Below, in pieces: positions 54,772 to 64,000 of a DNA stretch of 64,000 nt. The DNA is taken from assembly GCA_951406725.2 (NCBI GenBank), contig OX597814.1, positions 53,506,001-53,570,000 on the forward strand. The letters run 5' to 3'. The position numbers and the translations under genes are program-made. The notes under the pieces are model-generated. The model was not told where the DNA came from. It saw nothing but the letters and a program-made list of their open reading frames with translations, and did no database searches. This DNA comes from Octopus vulgaris (Eukaryota). The stretch's first letter is position 1. Every line of letters starts with the position of its first letter.

Positions 54772-55601
54772 TTGTCAGGGTCAGACTGAATGTTCACTGA
54801 GGAATACAGCTAACTACAAGTATCTAAACGAGAAGTGCAAAATAATTCTCTTGCCCAGGCAGAAAATATCGCTGGAAAGTATCTGGAGTGTCATTTAGCA
54901 CCTCAAACAAATAAAACAATATGGTTTAATGAAAGCATTCTTTCGAAGTGAGGAAGAAATGAAAACGTACTAGCATCTTGGAAAAATTTTATTTATCCAT
55001 TTATATGGATCGTCGCTCTATCAAAGAGATTATTCATACTGTACCAATAATATAGGAAGGGTATCGATTGCCTTTTTCCCATGAAAAATGCCTGAAAACT
55101 CAACTGGAAATCCAGGTGTTAAACATATCTGAAAACTAAAGTTTTCGCATTAGTTCCATAATGAAGGCATATAAAACATGATGGTGGTAGTAGAGTCGGA
55201 ATGTTAAAATATTTCAATTATAATGGTATTATTCATCTCATTTTTGTTTCCAGATAAAGTAGCAACAACAAAACAAATCCTTTGCTGCCAACACCAGTAA
55301 CAACAACAAAATCAACATCGATATTGACAACAACGACAACCACATCGACAGAATCTTCGCATCACCTGCTATCCTATCCAAGAAGTATTCTCCTTCAAAC
55401 AACAAAAGCATGAACCTCCGATAGAAATGTCGTTACCTTTGTCTTCCTCAAACACGTCATCTACTGATGATGTTAAGTTCAATCCAAAAATCCCCCTTTG
55501 ATTTGATTTAAAAGAAAAAAGATGCTTAAATTCTTAAGTGGCAGGTCTTAAATTCACAACATAGAAATGTGTTTGTGTATTCAAGTGTCTGTATGTATTT
55601 A

Positions 55602-55648
<47 letters not shown>

Positions 55649-55827
55649 TGACTGTACTATTTGATGATGAACGGGATCAACAATAACAAAAACAAGCACA
55701 GTAAATGCAATACCGAAAAAAAAGAAGAAACAGCAACGATTGACAGAGTTGCACAACGACAAAAGAATCAGAAAATGTACACAAAAAGCAACAATAAAGC
55801 AATACTCTTCAACTTCATTGTTTACAG

Positions 55828-55991
55828 AAACAAGCAATATTACAAAAAACGTAGACAGAAAAGCGATAAAAACACTTCTAAAAATTATGAAGGACAGACT
55901 CCAAGTGAGGACAATAGAAGTATATACAATGATAGAGAAATACCGAACGGACGTGCATCCGTTTATAAAGATACCAATTCTCCAAATGCTG
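55828..55991 (+). CDS. Candidate host exon: juxtamembrane cytoplasmic segment of a single-pass receptor
   Basis: Strong sites cttcattgtttacag| and ctg|gtaagg. Open frame NKQYYKKRRQKSDKNTSKNYEGQTPSEDNRSIYNDREIPNGRASVYKDTNSPNA (basic stop-transfer-like start, Tyr motifs), phase 2 to phase 1. Confidence 0.5.
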
Positions 55992-56594
55992 GTAAGGTTC
56001 CTTAGAGAATCAAAATCATACAATGCATGGACCGCAGAGTAAGCAGTCTTCTTTCACCTTGAAATTGAGTGCGTTAATGTACATGGCCTAGAAATACCTG
56101 GAAGTTTTCAAAGTGTATTGGTTGTTTTAAATTTTCTCGTATTTTTAAATTAATTGCAGTATTCTTGTTTTTATTCGGTGCTTTCTTATACATAGTCTAC
56201 ATAAACGAACAGCAGTATTATCATTGAAATTGGAAGTACTTTCTCTTTGTGAATAGATGATTGCAACCAAAATCAAATTCCTCGAAGCTCTAAGCATCTT
56301 CTCTGCGATTAAAGTAAACTTAATAAAAGAGTAAAAGATTCTGGTAGGAAATTTTGCTGATAGTTTTGGCTGGTTTCGGGGATTCAAACGTTAAACAGGA
56401 ATTCGCAGTGTTAGTATAATATGTCAGGTTGCAAGTACAGACAAAATCGCTGGTATTTTTTAAAGGAATTCGACAAACAAATGATAAATGTAGATGAAAT
56501 AAACATATTCTGAAAAAGTATATCTTCAACAACTATTTTGTTGAGAAAGGAGAAAAGAAAACGCAGAATTTAACGTGTAGAAAAGTAGGTTAAT

Positions 56595-56802
56595 ACTCTT
56601 TTACTTGTTTCAGACATTTGACTGCGGCCATGCTGCAGCACCGCCTTTAGTCAAGCAAATCGACTCCGGGACTTATTCTTTGTAAGCCCAGTACTTATTC
56701 TATCGATCTCTTTTGCCGAACCGCTAAGTGACAGGGACGTAAACACACCAGCATCGGTTGTCAAGCAATGCTAGGGGGACAAACACAGACACACAAACAT
56801 AT

Positions 56803-56841
<39 letters not shown>

Positions 56842-56915
56842 TACGACAGGCTTCTTTCAGTTTCCGTCTACCAAATCCACTCACAAGGCATTGGTCGGCC
56901 CGGGGCTATAGCAGA
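56595..56915 (-). mobile_element. SINE family B
   Basis: actcttttacttgtttcag..gactgcggccatgctg..ttttgccgaaccgctaag..tttccgtctaccaaatccactcacaagg. Confidence 0.9.
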
Positions 56916-57491
56916 ATACATCTTTTAGAAAGAGAAGTGCCATATGTAGTACGAACAGAATTTCAAGGCTTTACGCTTGGATACTAATAGGGCATTTTAG
57001 CATTATAACAATAAATTATGGTTCATCAAAGCACATTTTGAAGATTGGCTTTCAACTTATGTTTTCCCGAATTATTGTAAAACGAACGTTCTTGGTTTCT
57101 ACGTTTTATAAATTTTAGACACTCTCTGCTGGTGAAAATATGTGAATGATTTTTGCCCGCATAAATGATATTTCTTTTCTGCCTTTGAATCAAGAGGTAT
57201 TTGATATATCATAAAACTAAAACTTATTTTTAAGAATAAAAACCTTTGCATAAGCAAGTAAAATGGGGCAAAATACAAATTTATTAGTTGAATTATGGAA
57301 AGAATTCTTTACAAAGAAATTCCATTGAAAATATTAATGAATGATGAGAAAGTTCCATGGGAATCGATTTTATCTCATTACGCTAACAATTTCACTGTCT
57401 ATCCTCAACAAATCGAAATTATGGCAGAAATCACTGACGTTGGAAGAGAGATTGATTGTGATCTTTGATTTACTTGTATTGTTGTCGGAAG

Positions 57492-57553
57492 AATTAAATG
57501 ATCACGACCTTTTTAATGTGGGTCAACAAAGTACCTACAAAGAAGTGGACTAA
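57492..57553 (+). CDS. Candidate terminal coding exon following 55828-55991
   Basis: A phase-1 join gives (E)LNDHDLFNVGQQSTYKEVD*; the acceptor (cggaag) is weak. Confidence 0.3.
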
Positions 57554-58028
57554 CAAAATGTCAATGCAAACGAACAAATAAAGGAAATAACCTCAACAGA
57601 ATTTTTTTTTCTTCATATTTCGCGAATTTGAAAAGTTCAAGCAATGATGTACATCGATCCTAACATCGAACGTAACAACACAAGTTCGATATAAACTTAC
57701 AGGAAGAGCCTCACTGCTACAGACAGATGAATGCAAAGAAAAAGAAAATGATAGAAATGCAAGTTAAATCATCTTAGTTGAATGTTTTTCAAAGGCATAA
57801 ATTAGCAAAACGATATTATTTTTTTTTTACGTGGACCACAGCAAAGTGTATTGACCGTTTGAGTAGGAAATACACATACGCTATCTTTTATTATAATATT
57901 ATTATTACTTTTAGGTGGAGGGAGGAAGTCGATTACATCGGCCCCAGAGCTCAACTGGTCGACTTCGGCAGAATTTGAACTCCTAACGTAAAGAAGGACG
58001 AAATGTTGCTAAGGCTTTTTCCAGCATG

Positions 58029-58039
58029 CTAATAATAAT

Positions 58040-58123
<84 letters not shown>
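58029..58123. repeat. (AAT)n microsatellite directly after a truncated minus SINE-A (57910-58030)
   Basis: Seen directly. Confidence 0.95.
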
Positions 58124-58124
<1 letters not shown>

Positions 58125-58510
58125 TAGAAGCTCTACCTGGACCCTCAATACTACACACTATCCAAAAAAATAGCCCTGCTAAAAATAGCTCACATCCAAG
58201 CAAAACACTATCAATTCAATAATACAACCCAAACAAAACAATCCATAAATATATGACACTCAATATAGCAAATATTCCATAAAATAAGCAACCACCAATA
58301 AGCTGGATATCCAGCAGAGTACAACTCGCATTACACACACAACGCACAGTATAAACAATAATACAATAATACACCAGACCCCATAACAAAGGAAACTGGC
58401 GCAATACAATACCAGAAAGAGTTTGCGCTTCTCCAACAACAAAAGAGAACACACAAAAAAGTACTAGCGTTGAAAATAATTCTTGGTATAAAAAAAAAAA
58501 GCAACGAAAA
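58124..58510 (+). mobile_element. Extremely 5'-truncated Dong-like element (last ~32 codons plus 3' UTR)
   Basis: VEALPGPSILHTIQK/IALLKIAHI/SKTLSIQ* matches IPGNPKMAEVQKIVLMGTAHILRKILSM* of the 47-kb copy. Confidence 0.65.
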
Positions 58511-58796
58511 CAACCCTTGATTGATTTAAAACTGAAGAATGGAATACGGTGAACACACAGGATGTGTTTTAATTTTATTACATATACTGTGCGAAGATTT
58601 GTCTTACTGATATTAGTCAGACATTCTCTGATTAGATAAGGTAAATTAATAAAAAGAAAACTTTCCTATGGGTATCTTCTGCATAAAAAACAAATAATTA
58701 ACTGTGGACTAACATACACAATATGGTAAACAAAAATAAAATAATCAATTAAAATTATGAAAGTAAAAAAAGAAATCCTTAGCTTTATCGCAAAGA

Positions 58797-59995
58797 GTAG
58801 ACATGGCTGTCTGGTAAAACTTTTGCTTCCTAACTACATGTTTCAAGGAGCTAAAAATAGAGGGGACAAACAAGGACAGACAAAAGGATTAAGTCGATTA
58901 GATCGACTCCAGTGCGCAACTGGTACTTAATTCATCGACCCCGAAAGGATGAAAGGTAAAGTCGACCTCGGCGGAGTTTGAACTCAGAACGTAACGGTAG
59001 ACGAAATACCGCTAAGCATTTCGGCCGACGTGCTAATGATTCTGCCAACACGCTGCCTTTCAGGGATCACCTTGGCAAGTAGAAAATACCTTGCCTAACT
59101 TGACAAGCAGATGATAAATTGGGCAGGTATCTCCTACAACAGGCACGGGCCAACCATAACTTCGTGAGTGAATTTGGTAGATAGATGCTGAAAGAAACCC
59201 ATTACGTGTGTGTGTGTTATCGATGTCACATACTGGATGCACGTGAGTTGTTAAATGCTTTTTGGTTGCGGCATTTCGTCTAGTGAATGTTCTTTTTAAA
59301 GACAGCGTGTTGAAAAACACAGTATATTTCAAAGCCAAGTAAGACGAATCGCCCCAAGGGTGAATGAGAACAACAGACATCGACATTTCGCTGTTATTTC
59401 AGCTCATCAGCAGCGTATATATGATTCGTCCTCGAGACGAATTCAAATCGCTGGCAGATAGCGTAAAATCAAGCTGTTGATGCGTAACAACACCGCACAA
59501 CTAAAACAAACTGAATTCGTCTCGTGGACGAATCGATTATGTAGCGCCGATAAGCTGAAATAACTGCGAAATATCTAAATCTGTCGTTCTCGTTCACCTC
59601 CAGGGCAATCCGTTTGGCCTGATTTTATACTGTTTTTCAACACACAGCTTTCGCTGGACGAAATACCGCAGTAAATAAAAAAGCGTTTAACAACACACAT
59701 TAAGTACGTAATATCGATAATGTTTGCATTATAGAACTGCTTCTAACTCAGACTTTAAATTTTGGTTATGTAAGTATGTATGTGTGTTTTTAAGTTTGTG
59801 TTTCTCCCCTACAACCGCTTGACAACCAATGTTGGTTTGTTTACATCCTTGTAAATTAGTGATTCGGCAAAAGAAACGGACAGAATAAGTACCAAGTTTT
59901 AAAACTAAGAACTGAGATCGACTAGTTCGACTAAAACCATTCAAGGAGGTACCCCGGGACAGCCGCTATCCAAAAATTGAAAACAAGTAAAAAAT
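58797..59995 (+). mobile_element. Old SINE family B interrupted by a minus SINE-A (58850-59057) and a foldback (59217-59720)
   Basis: Head 58797-58845, middle ~59120-59205, tail ~59790-59995. Near-TSD tttca(a/g)gga around the SINE-A. Confidence 0.75.
59217..59720. mobile_element. Foldback element with ~225-bp imperfect inverted arms
   Basis: gattcgtcctcgagacgaattca / tgaattcgtctcgtggacgaatc; gtgttgaaaaacacagtat / atactgtttttcaacac; ttatcgatgtcacatact / agtacgtaatatcgataa. Confidence 0.9.
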
Positions 59996-61446
59996 AAAAC
60001 ATTAATGACAATATTTATTCTGAAATACAAGGGAGATCACTCGGAGATGCAAAGCCATTAAAAAATGTTAATGGAAACATGTAGTGGAAAGTGAGATACT
60101 TACAGAATTCAAAAGATTATAATTCTAAGTGAAAACATTCACTGGTTGGGTAATTTAAAATAGTAAATTGGAAAATGTTTTCCTTGGGTATATTCTATAT
60201 AATGTGATAAACAAAAATATAATATAATCAAAATGATGAAAATATAAAAAAACATTAGCATGAGTGAACATGTTTATCAAGATATACAAGGGGGACAATA
60301 AAAATCCATAGAAAATTTAAATGGAATTATGTGGTAGAGAGCGAATCTGATAGTCTGAACTTTGGCAAATACATCGACTACGTAAATCTGGCAAGCTAAC
60401 ATGAAACAATTTTATTTTGCTGCATGAAAAAAAAATATACAAGAGAGTGAGATAGAGCGAGAAAGAAATTTTAACCTCTCTTCTAATATGCAAAAATAAT
60501 TTGCTGTTCAGTTGAAATAAAGGGGGAAAAATTAAATCTAAACTGAAGTATGTGAAGTTAACAGAACATACTTTAATGTTTATAACATTTAAAGCATTAT
60601 TTCTGCTGTATAAACTTCCAAATTTATGTATGCCTGTCTACCGGAGTATGCGCGTGTGTGTATATATGCTATTTGACATATTTTATCTTGTAGCCGCTTC
60701 TATTTTTCCATTAACTGCTCCTTTTGCTGCGGCTAATTTAAACTTTATATTCTGTTTTTGTTGCCGTTACAGTAAATAAAAGCTGTTTTTTTTTATTCTT
60801 TCTAAAACTTTTACATTTACCTTTTTTTTTTTACAAACATTAATTAACCAATTTACTATTATAAGATTCTTGTTCCAAATAGTTTCGTAAACTATTTGTT
60901 TAAGTTCTGAACTATCAAAGTTTGGCTAACTGTTCTATATCCTCTGCCTCCTCTTTCCTCTCTACCACGTCCTTTTTTCGCCGTCGTTGTTTGTTGGTGG
61001 TGTTGCCGTCGTTGTGAAATCCTTCGTTGTCAGGTAAGATGTTCAAATGGTTTGTTCATGTTCGTGGTGGCAGCGGCTTTGGTGGGTGTTATTGTGGTAG
61101 TCGTCGTCGTTACGGAGGTGCTGGTAATGGCGGTTACGTGGTGGTTGCTGGCGGAGCAGGATATGTGTTTAGCATAAGACATTTTGTCACACACCAAACC
61201 ATTACATGAAAACTATAGTATTCAACACGACAGCCCGGTTCCAATGCCGAGGGCTAACTAATGTTAAAAGTCTGGAATGATGTCGAAGAATGAAATTGTT
61301 TGCTGCTGCAGCCTCCCCCATCTGATAGGAGAACCTGAATTCAGGACAGCGAATGAAACACCTGTGAGTCGTGCAGTGTTTTATATTTTATATGGCGTTC
61401 ATTTGTACCTAAGCGTGGTTCCATGAGGTAACGAAGGAGCCTCTAC

Positions 61447-61745
61447 GTCAGGCATAGGCAAACTTTATCAAGAAGCGGGCCGCATGATACGTGGATCATC
61501 ATCAGGTGATCTTCCGTTAGGCGTTCCATTCAAAAAGTCTCGCAGGTCACAGGTTATGCATGACTGCTTTACGCGGTCATATGACAAGTGCTCGGCACAC
61601 AGGACACCTGCCCAAGGCCTTCAACGACCTAGGGGCCCAATTCTAATCTATGTATGCTGTGACTCGCTGTCAATTACTAAATACTATAGGTCCCCATGTA
61701 TTGACCTGTCAGGGGTCTACTACAATGCTGCTCAGACGTCCCTAC
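61447..61745. mobile_element. Decayed hAT-like MITE fragments
   Basis: caggcataggcaaactt..gcgggccgcatg resembles Charlie-type ends; ggggccc..agacgtccct resembles a second hAT end. Confidence 0.35.
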
Positions 61746-62157
61746 ATACGACATGACTGATAGAGCGTTCAAATCTTTATCAAATCACACCTTACTGTCT
61801 TAAAAAGAGATAGGAAATAATGGCTAATGTAGTTCTAAATGCATTATACATGAAAAAGAGATGAGATGGTTACGGTTGCTTGATCAGAAATGACATGGTG
61901 CTAAACAACAGTAATATCAGCAATAAGACATTGTTGCTATTTAGGTAAACAGATTCGGTGCAACTATGAGTTAATTAGTCTATTGGTTAAGGCAACTGTG
62001 GCTACATGCGTGTGCTCGCACACACACAAGCGTGCGCGTACATATGATTTGTTTCATTGACACAAATTTGCATATTTATCGGGAGAAGCTGTGGTAGAAA
62101 TAATCAACACTAAATAAAATTGACGGGTAAAAATGAAGCTTCTCATAAGCTTCTTGC

Positions 62158-62262
62158 GTCATCATCATGTTCATCATCATCCTCATCCTCATCCTCATCC
62201 TCATCATCATCATCGTCATCACCATCATCATCCTCATCATTATCATCATCGTCATCATCCTC

Positions 62263-62314
<52 letters not shown>

Positions 62315-62330
62315 CCATCCTCATCATTAT
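62158..62330. repeat. (CAT)n/(CATCCT)n microsatellite
   Basis: Seen directly. Confidence 0.95.
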
Positions 62331-63354
62331 CTCTGGCATCCCTCGATATCATGCATTTATCTCCACGACGACTGTACTAGCCTATATTTGACTTTAAAAA
62401 CGCTGACGATGAAGACATGAAAATTGGAATGCTGCTAACTCTTATGAATTCTCGTTATCAGCCTGGTTCCATCTCTCGATGTCTTCCTCTTTCAACTTTC
62501 ATTTCGCGGCTACTTTGAAAGAAATTGCACCCAATGTGACATTTAATCTTTAGCGCAAATATCTGCAGCAACAAAAGTACACGAAGAAATAGTTTTAAAT
62601 TTCAACATCGAACAAAATATAGATCTCCATTATTATTATTATGTTTTTATTTTATTTTTGTCGTTTTGTCTGGGAAGTCTTGTTACATTATAGCATACAT
62701 GTCATCTTATAGTCCCCGCAGTCATAATTTAGATTGTAATTAGTCTGTCGCCAAAGTTTTACTTTTTTATTTTCTTTTTGGTTATAAATGCTCACCGATT
62801 ACCTTGAGATGTCTCATTTTACAGAAGCTAATCCTAGCTTTCATGGCGTAGCGTAGTTAAATAACAGATTTCTGTTATCTGGATAAAACGAGCTAATGTA
62901 AGATACTGTATAAGGTTTCTTGGCTTACTAAAAACAGCAGAAAAGTTTTCCTCAAGTAACCCCATCTTCTCTTTAAAAAAGAGAAGGAAATATTGGTTAA
63001 TATTGTTAGAGATGTATTGCAACAAATAAAAGGTGGAATGGTCAAGGTTGATAAGCCTTTGGCCATAGAGCTACTCAATCTGATTTGTCCTGAGGCTAAA
63101 CAATATCAACAACGAAAAATAACTTATTGTGCTTCCCAAGTATCTTATCTCAGTCATGGAAAAATAAGGAATCTTCACTTATAAAGCTCCACTTCTTATC
63201 GTTATGAAGTCTACTTACATTTCCTTAGGTTTAAAATTCTAAGTAAAGTAGCATTACACATATAAAGGATTATGATATGGAAAATATCCACCTTCCTGCC
63301 AGTAAGCAGGAGCTCCCATAACTAGACCAACTACGACTAATGGAACACTTGCTA

Positions 63355-63820
63355 TGAATTAGCAGAATCGTTAGAGATTCAAACAAAATGTCTTGCGGTG
63401 TCGGTGAGTGTTAATGGTAGTTGGTGGCGATTGCTTGTAGTTGCTTTTAATCTACGAAAGGTTGATAAAATAAAGCAGCAGTCATGTACCGGAGTCGATA
63501 TACTCGACTGGTTCCCTGCACCACCCACTCCGACATATCGAAGTATTTGTGTCTGTGTTAAAAATTAATATTAATAACACGGCCAGGACAAGGGATTGGC
63601 AAACTCATTAGAATGTCAGGGAAAAAAACTGCCTTGGGGTGTTTGTTTCTAGACCTTTATGTTCTGAGTTCAGATCCTGCTGAATTTAACTTTGACTTTC
63701 ATCCTTGTGGAGTTGATTATATATAGTACCAGTTAAGTGCTGGGACTGATTTAATGGGCTAATCTTATCACCATACACACAGAGGAAATTTTAGCCTTGT
63801 ATCTATGCCACAAATCAATA
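63355..63820 (+). mobile_element. Two old SINE family A copies
   Basis: agcagaatcgttag..gttgataaaataaagcagcag; gttctgagttcag..ctttcatcc..agtaccagtt. Confidence 0.6.
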
Positions 63821-64000
63821 TTGATATCAAACGTAAGTCTGGGTCTTTTTTAACGTTCCTGAAAAGAACATCTGCTAGTGTCCCTCCGTTCTTTATTTTA
63901 ATTGTCTTTAGAGCTGTAGAAGTAAAATGAGTTTTATTTCTGACGCATTTTTAAAGACAGTAATTTCTAAAGAAAAAATTAGAAGTGAAGAAATCAAATA

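Noticed and set aside
54780-55070. Cys/Trp-containing lectin-like reading (also the exon-like segment at ~49797)
   Set aside because: Contains stops, and the motif spacing is not convincing.
62834-63184. Overlapping short non-repetitive ORFs
   Set aside because: No recognisable domain or convincing splice sites.

Overview
AT-rich, microsatellite-saturated eukaryotic DNA with no prokaryotic genes. The abundant tRNA-derived SINE families match, from memory rather than a database search, those of Octopus (coleoid cephalopod) genomes. Most ORFs in the track are translations of simple repeats. The window is mainly a transposon graveyard. It holds more than 30 SINE copies, at least 4 (possibly 5) 5'-truncated R4/Dong-type non-LTR retrotransposons with a restriction-like endonuclease sitting in microsatellites, and Penelope-like (GIY-YIG) remnants with several hammerhead-ribozyme cores. 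It also holds a decayed Tx1/L1-clade LINE with a mariner derivative nested inside, a Chapaev3-type (CMC) DNA transposon with perfect TIRs, and several long foldback elements. Host-gene signal is weak. There is a tentative, partly disabled plus-strand EGF-repeat/transmembrane receptor exon chain (24.6-57.6 kb) and a tentative minus-strand 3-exon chain (7.1-9.0 kb). The most interesting patterns are (i) strand-specific microsatellite targeting by Dong-like elements, with apparently more than one repeat specificity, (ii) hammerhead cores, including one in each arm of a 500-bp foldback, and (iii) a Penelope element with an inverted 5' RT segment. All calls were made by eye, and the boundaries of decayed elements are approximate.
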